Assembly (NCBI GenBank): GCA_964016885.1
Contig: OZ024751.1
Coordinates: forward strand, 48,732,001-48,796,000
Source of the DNA: Eledone cirrhosa
Taxonomy: Eukaryota
Length of the DNA: 64,000 nucleotides
Direction: 5' to 3'
Below, piece after piece: positions 31,014-44,289 of the stretch. Each line of letters opens with the position of its first letter. The stretch's first letter is position 1. The translations under genes and the position numbers were made by a program. The notes under the pieces were generated by a model. It did no database searches. It was not told the DNA's origin and worked only from the letters and a program-made list of their open reading frames with translations.

Positions 31014-31546
31014 CACACACAGACACACACACACCACACACACAAACACACACACACATATATGTATATATGTGGGTGTTCATGTATGTGTAGATGTACT
31101 GCTCCTTGTGTCGATCGCTAGCGATCATGCCTGCTTCCATTGTCATTTAATTGACACCCTGCAGGCATCCATTTCATTATTATGAGTATTATATTAAATT
31201 TACAACTAATATTACGAACAGAGTAAAGTAGGTTTGATGTGTACTTTAGACGAAGTATATTTACGATGATATTATAATTAAGATTCCATTATTTTAGGTT
31301 TCAAATCGTAATGGCAATCGTCAAATGTTATCTCACCAAATACTTATTTCAAATGTTACTTTTATATTATGAGCACTGTTCGATGGCGTGTGATGCATGG
31401 GAAATATTAGTTGATTTGCATTTGAATGAGTGATGGATGTTGTGGAGCCATTTAGAGGTAAAATGTCCGAGTCACTAAACACTGATGCTCTATCAGTTAT
31501 TACTCATGCATTATTTATATTTCTTCGTGTATCCTGTAGTTTCCAA

Positions 31547-31700
31547 TACGAGGGTAGGTGGAAAAGTTCAGAGGCCATCTGAAATCTTGCATGCATTATT
31601 TTCAACCCTTTTTATTAATTTCTGCATTGTTTCTTTCCGGGGAGAATCTTGGAAAATAAATCGCATTTGGTCAACAAACGAGAGAATCTTGGTCATGCTA
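31547..31700 (+). mobile_element. Possible mariner-type DNA transposon terminal remnant
   Basis: TA + CGAGGGTAGGTGGAAAAGTT resembles mariner TIR starts; no partner TIR found. Confidence 0.35.
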
Positions 31701-31899
31701 TGACCTGTTTAGCCTATTAATTTTATCAGTCGCTATACATAAATAGTGATGCACTGTTTGCTCCAGGTTGTTTGACTAGAAGTTGTTGCTGTGCTATTTC
31801 AGTGGTTTTTCTTCTCTTTTATTTAGCAGCTTGAAACTCGGATAGAAACCACAATGTAGCATTACACGACCATTGTGGACTGTGGAGGCATACTTACAA

Positions 31900-31931
<32 letters not shown>

Positions 31932-31958
31932 ACACACATACATACGCGCGCGCGCGCG

Positions 31959-31990
<32 letters not shown>

Positions 31991-32072
31991 TACGCACACA
32001 CACAAACACACACACACGCACACACCCACACACACACACACACATACGCGCGAGCACACACACACACACACG

Positions 32073-32105
<33 letters not shown>

Positions 32106-32282
32106 TAATAATAATAGATGTGAAGACTAAAATCCAAAGAGGGCTCGATATATATATATTCTTAACATATTGTTTAGCTCTGGTTTTTAACCATTGAGCA
32201 CTTTGCCAGTGTCATTTCTGATTTTTGCGTTTCGTTTCGCCTCTCCTACCCGCCGAAATGCGATCCTCGCTGAATATATATT

Positions 32283-32330
<48 letters not shown>

Positions 32331-32469
32331 TACATATATTGAGAGAGAGAGAGGGAGAGGGTGAGAGAAGAGGTAAAATTGGAAATAGCATGGAAAATAT
32401 ATTTAAGGATCTGTTCTTTTTTTCTTCTTTAATTCGTCAAAGTGACATTATTGAATTATATATATATAC

Positions 32470-32536
<67 letters not shown>

Positions 32537-32757
32537 AATTAAGTTAAAAATGTACATCCACATATGTATACTGAAATACTAGTATGCATATGAATACACA
32601 CACGTATACATATGTAGATGTACCGAGTTTTTCACTGGTCACTTTACTGTGAGTGTCCAGCTATTCTGTATGTAAACACACAGACAAACCGGTTTTTAGA
32701 GTCATACTGGTTTTTGAGGAAACACCTTTCCTCTATTCTCCAGAAAGCCAGACAAGG

Positions 32758-32802
32758 AATATTGAACTAGTTTCGATGTTGTTACATCTCATCAGCAATA
32801 TT
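32758..32802 (-). ncRNA. Minimal type I hammerhead ribozyme (array unit 1)
   Basis: Reverse complement of AATATTG-CTGATGA-GATGT-aaca-ACATC-GAAA-CTAG-TT-CAATATT. Confidence 0.85.
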
Positions 32803-33223
32803 TACCTATCTTCCGGCCTCTCTAGAGAATCGTAAAAGCACATATCGTTATATGCTTTTTCTATGAAAATTAGTAGTGGGCAGACTAATTTGCATAGAGC
32901 GTGAGTACGTACCGGTTCAACGGAGACGATAAAAACAAATAACGAAACGAAATTAAATTTCGTTTCGTTTGTAACTCACTTTTGTATGACTGACGCTTAA
33001 ACAATTAAGTTAAAAATGTACATCCACATATGTATACTGAAATACTAGTATGCATATGAATACACACACGTATACATATGTAGATGTACCGAGTTTTTCA
33101 CTGGTCACTTTACTGTGAGTGTCCAGCTATTCTGTATGTAAACACACAGACAAACCGGTTTTTAGAGTCATACTGGTTTTTGAGGAAACACCTTTCCTCT
33201 ATTCTCCAGAAAGCCAGACAAGG

Positions 33224-33268
33224 AATATTGAACTAGTTTCGATGTTGTTACATCTCATCAGCAATATT
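33224..33268 (-). ncRNA. Minimal type I hammerhead ribozyme (array unit 2)
   Basis: Identical to unit 1, offset by 466. Confidence 0.85.
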
Positions 33269-33682
33269 TACCTATCTTCCGGCCTCTCTAGAGAATCGTA
33301 AAAGCACATATCGTTATATGCTTTTTCTATGAAAATTAGTAGTGGGCAGACTAATTTGCATAGAGCGTGAGTACGTACCGGTTCAACGGAGACGATAAAA
33401 ACAAATAACGAAACGAAATTAAATTTCATATGCATACTAGTATTTCAGTATACATATGTGGATGTACATTTTTAACTTAATTGTTTAAGCGTCAGTCATA
33501 CAAAAGTGAGTTACAAACGAAACGAAATTTAATTTCGTTTCGTTATTTGTTTTTATCGTCTCCGTTGAACCGGTACGTACTCACGCTCTATGCAAATTAG
33601 TCTGCCCACTACTAATTTTCATAGAAAAAGCATATAACGATATGTGCTTTTACGATTCTCTAGAGAGGCCGGAAGATAGGTA

Positions 33683-33727
33683 AATATTGCGGATGAGATG
33701 TAACAACATCGAAACTAGTTCAATATT
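33683..33727 (+). ncRNA. Hammerhead copy with core mutation (CGGATGA)
   Basis: Same fold, with T>G at 33691 in the CUGAUGA box. Confidence 0.7.
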
Positions 33728-34148
33728 CCTTGTCTGGCTTTCTGGAGAATAGAGGAAAGGTGTTTCCTCAAAAACCAGTATGACTCTAAAAACCGGTTTG
33801 TCTGTGTGTTTACATACAGAATAGCTGGACACTCACAGTAAAGTGACCAGTGAAAAACTCGGTACATCTACATATGTATACGTGTGTGTATTCATATGCA
33901 TACTAGTATTTCAGTATACATATGTGGATGTACATTTTTAACTTAATTGTTTAAGCGTCAGTCATACAAAAGTGAGTTACAAACGAAACGAAATTTAATT
34001 TCGTTTCGTTATTTGTTTTTATCGTCTCCGTTGAACCGGTACGTACTCACGCTCTATGCAAATTAGTCTGCCCACTACTAATTTTCATAGAAAAAGCATA
34101 TAACGATATGTGCTTTTACGATTCTCTAGAGAGGCCGGAAGATAGGTA

Positions 34149-34193
34149 AATATTGCTGATGAGATGTAACAACATCGAAACTAGTTCAATATT
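34149..34193 (+). ncRNA. Minimal type I hammerhead ribozyme (array unit 4)
   Basis: 7-bp stem I AATATTG/CAATATT, CTGATGA, 5-bp stem II GATGT/ACATC, GAAA, palindromic stem III ACTAGT, GTT cleavage triplet (cut after 34186). Confidence 0.88.
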
Positions 34194-34614
34194 CCTTGTC
34201 TGGCTTTCTGGAGAATAGAGGAAAGGTGTTTCCTCAAAAACCAGTATGACTCTAAAAACCGGTTTGTCTGTGTGTTTACATACAGAATAGCTGGACACTC
34301 ACAGTAAAGTGACCAGTGAAAAACTCGGTACATCTACATATGTATACGTGTGTGTATTCATATGCATACTAGTATTTCAGTATACATATGTGGATGTACA
34401 TTTTTAACTTAATTGTTTAAGCGTCAGTCATACAAAAGTGAGTTACAAACGAAACGAAATTTAATTTCGTTTCGTTATTTGTTTTTATCGTCTCCGTTGA
34501 ACCGGTACGTACTCACGCTCTATGCAAATTAGTCTGCCCACTACTAATTTTCATAGAAAAAGCATATAACGATATGTGCTTTTACGATTCTCTAGAGAGG
34601 CCGGAAGATAGGTA

Positions 34615-34659
34615 AATATTGCTGATGAGATGTAACAACATCGAAACTAGTTCAATATT
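34615..34659 (+). ncRNA. Minimal type I hammerhead ribozyme (array unit 5)
   Basis: Identical to unit 4, offset by 466. Confidence 0.88.
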
Positions 34660-34947
34660 CCTTGTCTGGCTTTCTGGAGAATAGAGGAAAGGTGTTTCCT
34701 CAAAAACCAGTATGACTCTAAAAACCGGTTTGTCTGTGTGTTTACATACAGAATAGCTGGACACTCACAGTAAAGTGACCAGTGAAAAACTCGGTACATC
34801 TACATATGTATACGTGTGTGTATTCATATGCATACTAGTATTTCAGTATACATATGTGGATGTACATTTTTAACTTAATTGTTTAAGCGTCAGTCATACA
34901 AAAGTGAGTTACAAACGAAACGAAATTTAATTTCGTTTCGTTATTTG

Positions 34948-35030
<83 letters not shown>

Positions 35031-35942
35031 AGAAATAAGATTTCGCTTCAAGCATAGCATTATACACTGTATATAGAAATTTCGTATTTTTAAAGAAATA
35101 CGGTTTTAGGAAGCCGTAGCTATGCAAACAACGGAGGGCTAGCGCCCTCTTGTGGTGTCAAGCAGAAGCAAGGGGGACAACCGTCTATGCATTTCAGGCT
35201 TGACTGGCCTTCGTCTGGACGATCCCTCCCACCGCTTGCGACATATATATATATATATACAGTATATATCTGTTTGTCTGTAAAACATTTTCGACGCCAG
35301 ACACCCTAAAACCGATTCTGGTTGTGCGATACACAACTATTTTAAGAGTTTATATTTATATATAAGCAATCCATCATACTTTTATGTAAGACATATTCTT
35401 AAGTTATGCTTCAAACAGCAACTTAACATCGACTTTGTTATTTATATTAGTAATTCCTTTCAAATTGTTGATTTTGTTCAAAATCATAGGCAGTGTATTT
35501 CGCTATAAATACGACAATGAAAGGGTTAAGTATATACAGCTAAGAGAAAGATTTAGGAAAACTAGTTGAGTATTGTGTGGAGAAAGTATAATGTTATGAA
35601 AGACACACTGACACCTCACATACGCACACATACGCACACATAGATACACACACACAGATACACACACATACACAAACATATATATATACGTGTATGTCTT
35701 TCTCGTTCAATACATTATATATACAGTATACACACATACGCGCAAACACACCCACACACACACATATATATATATGTATATACATATATATACATATATA
35801 TACATATATATACATATATATACGAAAAAACAATGATGTTTCGTTTACAAAGAAAGAGTGACTACCGATGGGTGTGTGAGGAGTGAATAAAAGAAGAATA
35901 AAGAGTAACCCACGCATACACACACACACACCTACGCACACC

Positions 35943-35975
<33 letters not shown>

Positions 35976-36348
35976 TCATAAAGAGAGAAAGAGAGGGGGA
36001 GGGTGTTGAGTGTGCGCATGTCGACACGTTCAAGGTAAGAACCTTTGTGTAATTGTATAAGGTTAAAGTATAAAGAAGTGAAGTGGAATTAGAAAAGAGA
36101 TGCGAGAGTGTGAGAGAGAAAGAGAGAGTGAGATGGAGTGAGTTATGAGATAAATAGATATATAGATAGATAGAGAGACAGAGAGAGCGAGAGAGAGAGA
36201 GAGAGAGAGAGAGAGTGAGTGAGAGAGAGAGAGAGAGAGAGAGAGCGGGAGAAAGAGAGAGAAAGGGGGCTGAGAGAAAATGAGAGAAAAACTGAGAAGA
36301 AAAGACCTTGAAATAGAAGCATGGTGAGAGAGAGAGAAATTATAAATA

Positions 36349-36469
36349 TCGAAACGGCTTGAGCTCTGCCGTCGGGGTCATACATTTTCCTATTACCGAC
36401 TCTACTATCCTAAGTATTGAGTACTGTGGTGCGTTACGGTCCATCTGGTCCCTTACCACAACTCCTTCG

Positions 36470-36471
<2 letters not shown>
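36349..36471 (+). mobile_element. Family B island (3' half of hammerhead plus tail)
   Basis: GAAACGGCTTGAGCTCTGCCGTCGGGG...CCTTCGTT(TA)n; homologous to 45457-45650, 53834-54018, 55149-55349. Confidence 0.7.
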
Positions 36472-36507
<36 letters not shown>

Positions 36508-36743
36508 CGTTTCTGAATTTGTTTAGCAAGATTCTTTATCTGAAATCGTGTGTTGAAACCGATATTGTTATACTTTGGGAGGGTCATGTTGCCAATAAGA
36601 AACACACGCACCAGTTGCTTTCACTTCAATTTAATTTAATATATATTTATAAATTTACAAATTTATAAATTTCTGGTTGGTTGGTTGGTTCCACAACCAG
36701 ATAGTTGTTTATATATATATAGTCATAGTTCTTTCGTCACACA

Positions 36744-37212
36744 TAATCTCAATATTAAGATAGTAGAAAGACCTGGTACCTCCGTAAAAACACTTATTAG
36801 CAAGACATACCCGTTCCAAAGACCCTCATGTATAGATAAGAAATGTATAACCTGTAAAATAAGCCCCCATATTAACTGTAAAACTAGAAATGTAGTATAT
36901 AGCATAAGATGTACTGAGGGACAATGTAGAAACAAAAATATAGTGTACATAGGTGAGACAGCTCGTAGTATAGGGGAACGAATAAATGAACACTGGCGAG
37001 ACCTCCAAGATAGTAAAGAATCATCTGTGCTCTACCAACATGCTAAGATAGAACACAGGGGTAAATTAGAGAGCATAGAAATAAAAATAGAATCCACACA
37101 CAAGAAAGACGCAATGTTTAGGCAAATTACAGAGGCAGTAAGCATAAAAGAATTAAAACCAAAATTAAATAGAAAATATGAGTGGAACAGCAACATCACA
37201 ACTTACAATTAA
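36744..37212 (+). pseudogene. C-terminal fragment of PLE ORF: Cys-rich linker plus GIY-YIG endonuclease (RT domain absent)
   Basis: CIDKKCITC...C linker; NVVYSIRC...C...YIGETARSIGERINEH; H-x4-H; RQITEAVSI...LNRKYEW. No stops; the first ~20 aa of the track ORF come from the inverted arm. Confidence 0.9.
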
Positions 37213-37516
37213 GGACAAAATGAAAACACACACACACATATATAAACAACTTACAATTGAAAACACACACAAAATGAAAACACACACAAGACAAAATGAA
37301 AACACACACACACATAGAACAAACAACCAACCAACAATAAATAAATAAATAAACAAACAAATATAAATATAAAAATATAAAAATAGAAAAATGAACACAA
37401 ACACACACAGACACCCGGATGTGGCGCATGCGCAAACTGAGCACGCAACCCACACACAAACAAAATGGCGTAGGATAGAAGAAAGGAAAGGCACAGAAAC
37501 GAAGAAAGAAATCCCC

Positions 37517-37561
37517 AGTCACTGAAGAGGTCACAGAGTGTGTGACGAAAGAACTATGACT
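37517..37561 (+). ncRNA. Minimal type I hammerhead ribozyme in PLE pLTR (family A)
   Basis: AGTCA-CTGAAGA-g-GTCACA-gagtg-TGTGAC-GAAA-G-aa-C-TA-TGACT. Confidence 0.8.
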
Positions 37562-37712
37562 ATATATATATAAACAACTATCTGGTTGTGGAACCAACCA
37601 ACCAACCAGAAATTTATAAATTTGTAAATTTATAAATATATATTAAATTAAATTGAAGTGAAAGCAACTGGTGCGTGTGTTTCTTATTGGCAACATGACC
37701 CTCCCAAAGTAT

Positions 37713-37758
<46 letters not shown>

Positions 37759-37829
37759 GAATAAATGAACAAAAACAGAGAGGCAGTACAAATGATATGG
37801 TTTATTAGTGTCACGCTTGGGAGTGGGGG

Positions 37830-37910
<81 letters not shown>

Positions 37911-37913
<3 letters not shown>

Positions 37914-37992
37914 GGACATGGCAGCGATAATGAGGGACAGAGACCGCTGGAGAGAACTCGTCCATGGATCTCGGGAATTTTACCCGCCTTAG
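37911..37992 (+). mobile_element. Extreme 3' end of an RTE-clade LINE
   Basis: Translates [20 protein letters not shown], like the RTE C-terminal DR..WR..V motif; followed by an (AGAT)n tail. Confidence 0.5.
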
Positions 37993-38006
37993 ATAGATAG
38001 ATATAT

Positions 38007-38085
<79 letters not shown>

Positions 38086-38574
38086 GTGAGAGAGAGAGAG
38101 AGAGATTGACAGACATCGAGACAGATAGAGTGTGAAAAGAACGTATAAAGACAGTTAAAGAGAGAGAGAGAGTAGTAAAAGCAGACAAGTGTGAGAGCAT
38201 TTGTAATTATTGGAGAGTAAGACTGTTTATCTTCAATTATCTATCGTATATCTTACTATACTAATGAGCTGAGAGATGCTGCTGCAATCACTCTCATTCT
38301 CTTTCTCTCATTCTATTAAAAGAACATCAAATTCAATCAAATGTGTATTACTGCGCTCACTATATAATCGACGTCACCGTATATATATATACATTTGTGC
38401 GTGTGTGTGTGTGTGTGTGCGTGTGTGTGTGTGCGTGTGTGTGCGTGTGATTCTGTGTGGGAACATATATATATATATATATACGTATTTGCATATATAT
38501 ATATATGTATGTATGTATAAATATATATAAATATATTATATACATATATATGTATATGTGTGTGTATATATATA

Positions 38575-38619
<45 letters not shown>

Positions 38620-38622
<3 letters not shown>

Positions 38623-38680
38623 AAAAAGTATGACCCCGACGGCAGAGCTCAAGCCGTTTCGACGGCTATTTCTGGACTTG

Positions 38681-38681
<1 letters not shown>
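38620..38681 (-). mobile_element. Family B island, inverted arm
   Basis: Reverse complement of 36349-36390, sharing the variants CTCTGCCG and GTCATAC. Confidence 0.7.
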
Positions 38682-38749
<68 letters not shown>

Positions 38750-38754
38750 TGTAT

Positions 38755-39140
38755 ATATATTAGTAAAAAGGAAAAGAAAATGCTGATAAATTTTTCCCAG
38801 TGAAAAACAGTTTAATTAGGAATAAATATAAATTAGTAATAAGTATAAGTTAGTATTCAGTTTTAGTTTTAAGTTTTTACCGGTTGCGCATTTCTTAATC
38901 TGATCAGATTAGAGCAAAAATCTCCGAGCACTCTATCTCAAAATTATTTTTGAAAAGCATAAGAAGTACACAACCAGTAAAAACTTAAAACTAATACTGA
39001 ATACTAACTAATACTTATTACTAATTTATACTTATTCCTAATTAAACTATTTTTTACTGGGAAAAATTTGTCAGCATTTTCTTTTCCTTTTTACTAATAT
39101 ATAACAACTCGTGTGTCACACCTCTATTTTTTAAAAATAT
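38755..39140 (+). mobile_element. Fold-back insertion in (TA)n (~135-bp arms plus ~35-nt tail)
   Basis: 38755-38890 is the reverse complement of 38963-39103 with scattered mismatches. Confidence 0.75.
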
Positions 39141-39177
39141 AAATATATATATATATATATGTAGAAGAGATTAAATA

Positions 39178-39244
<67 letters not shown>

Positions 39245-39272
39245 CAATAAATTATATATATATATTTAAGTA

Positions 39273-39347
<75 letters not shown>

Positions 39348-39837
39348 TCATGTATATATATATACGTATACATACATCTGCATGTGAGTGCATCAATGTA
39401 AGTGTATGTAGGTGTGGGTGTTGGGGAGGTGGGTGCATGTAGGTAAACAAGTATATCATTTTATTCTTTTTCTTTCCCGCTGTTCCAACTTCTGCATTAT
39501 CTCCCCTCTCTCTACCTTCCTCAATTGTCTAAGAATATTAAAACTGTGCCAATTCTTTGGTAAGATTCACCTAAATGACCAATCTCAATTCTACCAACAA
39601 CACTCAACAGCAACACTTTCTGCACTAACTGGAACAAAAGACCTAATTTCACACGTTTTCCTGGAACGTGACACTTTATTTACAAGCTAACGAAAATACA
39701 GTGACATCTAACTAGCAACTATTATCTATTGATAAAGCTTGAGAATGCAGGTTCTAATACTCTCAAACGCATCTATCTATGTATATATCTTTAATATATA
39801 TATGTATATATCTTTAATATATATATATGTGTATATA

Positions 39838-39933
<96 letters not shown>

Positions 39934-39959
39934 GTATATATATATATGTATATATATAT

Positions 39960-40659
<700 letters not shown>

Positions 40660-41011
40660 GTATATATATATGTATATATATATGTAGAAAAATCTACCAA
40701 AAGTTTACGGTAGTGTCCAATCCGTATGAAGAACTCAATGTAATCCGGATATCATGAAAAGAGAAGATGCATTCAAAAACTACTTTCGGTGAAAAATAAA
40801 CGGAAAACAGAGTCAAGATAAATTATTAAAAAAATAATGAATAAACAAAGAAACAGTTCCTTATATTAAAAAAAATTCATTATTTTACGATCGTTTCTAG
40901 GATATATATGTGTTAGAGTTGATATGCATATTCTATAGATCTATGTACAATATTTATACAAACTATCAGAGGGAGTATACATACCTACACATATATATGC
41001 TGTCTTCAGAA

Positions 41012-41383
41012 ATAATTGTTTCTACTTTAGGCACAAGGCCAGCAATAACCCAGTACATTACTGGTACTTTATTTTATCGACCCCGTAAGGATGAAAGGCA
41101 AAGTTAACCTCGGCGGGATTTGAACTCAGAATGTAAAGGGACGTAACTATGCTAGAAAGCATGGCGTCCAACCCTCTACCGATACTGCCAATAGAAATAA
41201 TTGTTTCTACTTTTGGCACAAGGCCAGCAATTTCCCAGTGTATTACTGGTACTTTATTTTATCGACCCCGTAAGGATGAAAGGCAAAGTTAACCTCGGCG
41301 GGATTTGAACTCAGAATGGCAAGGGCCGTAACTCTATGCGTCAAAGCATGGCGTCCGACCCTCTACCGATACTGCCAATTCAC
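41012..41383 (-). mobile_element. Two tandem SINE S copies (41012-41192, 41196-41383)
   Basis: Both match the consensus. Confidence 0.9.
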
Positions 41384-41568
41384 TAATGATACTTGTTTAT
41401 TGATAAGAACAAAGATTCAATACAATAGGTCTGTTTGGGAATAGGTTTTGAATTGACCAATCAGGAGATAGTGAGGGTCAAGATAGTGATATAGAATTAG
41501 TAGAACCTTAAATTATGGGTGGAGGAAGTAGATTTCAGTTTTGGATGGAAAAGAGTATTATGAATGAA

Positions 41569-41752
41569 GGATTACTTTAGGGAAGAAGTAGGTCATATGT
41601 TGACCTCAGAAATAATTTTATTTATTCATTGAATAAAACCAAACTAAGATCCAATATAATAATGGATTACTTTAGGGAAGAAGTAGGTCATATGTTGACC
41701 TCAGAAATAATTTTATTTGTTCATTGAATACAACCAACAAAGATCAAATATA
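41569..41752. repeat. Tandem duplication of ~96 bp
   Basis: GGATTACTTTAGGGAAGAAGTAGGTCATATGTTGACCTCAGAAATAATTTT occurs twice. Confidence 0.85.
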
Positions 41753-42256
41753 TTCTGTCTGTTTGGTAAGAGGTTTAGAATTAACCAATAGAAAGTTAAT
41801 GATTGGCCAAATAGTAAAATAGTAGTAATTGAAACTTATTTTAGGGGTGAAACTAGGTCAGGTGGTCAGTAGAAGGTATACAAGCAGTTGCTGTTATAAA
41901 ATAGTAATGTCAATACAGATATCTAAGGTGACCAGAGTTTTAAGATAAGGATGTTAGTGAAAAAAAATACATCTATGAAAAGGATATAAAATTAATTAAA
42001 TTGATGGGTATATTTATATCGATAAAATTATACTAATACATATAGATATGATAAATAAGAGTTAGATGCAGTTGAACAGTGCTGTTAAGGATGAGGGGAG
42101 ATTAAAAGAATATAAAAATGATATATATATATATATACATATATATACCTACATATATATACATACATACACACACACATACACACACATATATATATAT
42201 ATATACACATACCTATATATACACATACATACAAAAACACACACAAATATATACCC

Positions 42257-42292
<36 letters not shown>

Positions 42293-42320
42293 ACATGTAC
42301 ATATACATACACACACACAG

Positions 42321-42369
<49 letters not shown>

Positions 42370-42385
42370 TACACATATACACATA

Positions 42386-42416
<31 letters not shown>

Positions 42417-42594
42417 TTTTTTTACACTCACATACATACACACATACATACATACACACTTATATACACACACATCCACACTTACATATACATATATTTA
42501 TTGGGGGGGGGGGGTTGAATTTATTAGTGGGAAATAGTAAATATACATAGCTTTCAAGGAACATAGAGTCATAACCTGAAGTTAAAGCATTATA

Positions 42595-43105
42595 TATGTT
42601 TACTTAATGGTATCAGTTTTATGAAATGATATTTGTAAGAAGGAAAGCCAAATTATGTAGTTCATCATTAGTAGAATATTAATTATAGGTTAACTAAAAT
42701 AAGAATAGTTTATATATTAATTTCTAAGGTGTATATTAATTAGGTTTATAATATTTAAAGCAGAATTATGTAGTTCATCAGTAGTAGAATATTAATTATA
42801 GGTTAACTAAATTAAAAATAATTACATATGTTTCCTTAATGGTATCAGTTTTAGGAAATTATGTTTGTAAGAAGGAAAGCCAAATTTTGTAGTTCATCAG
42901 TAGTAGAATATTAATTATAGGTTAACTAAATTAAAAATAATTTATATATTAATTTCTAAAGTGTATATTAATTAGGTTTTTAATATTTAAAGCAAAATTT
43001 TGTAGTTCATCTGTAGTAGAGTATTAATTATAGGTTAACTAAATTAAAATTAATTCATGTATTAATTTCTAAAGTGTATATTAATTAGGTTTATAATATT
43101 TAAAT
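42595..43105. repeat. Degenerate tandem repeat, ~115-bp subunits alternating in a ~231-bp dimer
   Basis: TGTAGTTCATCAGTAGTAGAATATTAATTATAGGTTAACTAAA occurs four times. Confidence 0.8.
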
Positions 43106-43148
43106 GTTTTTCACAGTTTATGATTACACGATATTATTAATTCCTGTC

Positions 43149-43337
43149 GGTGGATTGGCAGTATCGGTAGAGGGTCGGACGCCATGCTTTGACGCATAGA
43201 GTTACGGTCCTTGCCATTCTGAGTTCAAATCCCGCCGAGGTTAACTTTGCCTTTCATCCTTTCGGGGTCGATAAAATAAAGTACCAGTAATGCACTGGGT
43301 AATTGCTGGCCTTGTGCCAAATGTAGAAACAATTATT
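43149..43337 (+). mobile_element. SINE family S, full length with TSD
   Basis: Direct repeat TATTAATTCCTGTCG on both sides. Confidence 0.92.
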
Positions 43338-43429
43338 AATTCCTGTCGCTTAATAATTTATGTATATATATATATATATGTATGTATTATATATATATAT
43401 GTATGTATGTATATATATATGTGTGTGTA

Positions 43430-43520
<91 letters not shown>

Positions 43521-43524
43521 GTAC

Positions 43525-43585
<61 letters not shown>

Positions 43586-44165
43586 CCGAGAAAATATCTG
43601 TGTGTGTCATCAAATGTTGTACACACATAGATATTTTTTCAATTTCCAATTGAGTTCTTAGCACGTGGCCTGAATTCCTTTCAGAGTTCATTGTCACGTG
43701 CATGTATTGTTTTTTTTGGCGGTAATTCACTTCCCCATTTTTTGAATCAGTTCGAGCACTTGTTTCAGAACTGCTGGACTGGCAACCTGACAGATACCTC
43801 AGGCACAGAAAGTGATTATCGCTAAATGCTGATGTTGGTTAGATTATCAATATTAGTATTATTGGGGCACCCACTAATGAATCATAGGAGCCCACTTGAA
43901 TATATATCTATTGATGGTATACAAGCTCCTACATAAATTGGTATAATTTCACCCAAATTGTAGGAATCCTATAATGAAACGAGACGTCCGTCTGGGAAGA
44001 GATATATTAGATATATCTCATTTGAAATAATACAGCCAATTTTCCACGCAATACTTTTAGTTAGCACCCCGAACACATAATTGGGAATATAATCACTTAT
44101 TTCCTAATGTTTGTTGAGTGAGTTGGAATTTGGCCGGAGTATCGCTAAACAGCTTTCTCCGATAT

Positions 44166-44237
<72 letters not shown>

Positions 44238-44289
44238 TACAACGCTACTTTCATCCATCGTACCAAAAAGGAAATGTAATTCATTAACA

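Larger units (their letters stand above)
32533..34954. mobile_element. 466-bp HHR-containing tandem array (retrozyme-like) with internal inversion, inserted in (TA)n
   Basis: About 1.9 units in one orientation (32533-33427) then about 3.3 units inverted (33428-34954); period 466 from ORF-track starts 32653/33119 and 33650/34116/34582; units almost identical. Confidence 0.9.
36504..37720 (+). mobile_element. 5'-truncated Penelope-like retroelement (family A) with inverted pLTR copy
   Basis: GIY-YIG ORF end, 3' UTR and HHR; terminal arms 36562-36743 and 37539-37720 are reverse complements; 57-nt extra tail on the left arm; (TA)n on both sides. Confidence 0.9.

Noticed and set aside
32653-32835. 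60-aa ORF repeated five times in the 466-bp array
   Set aside because: GTG start, antisense to the ribozyme, no recognisable motif; it recurs only because the unit is repeated
42770-42905. Minus-strand CTGATGA in the ~115-bp tandem repeat (possible second retrozyme)
   Set aside because: No stem II or correctly placed GAAA, and the word is mutated in two of four units
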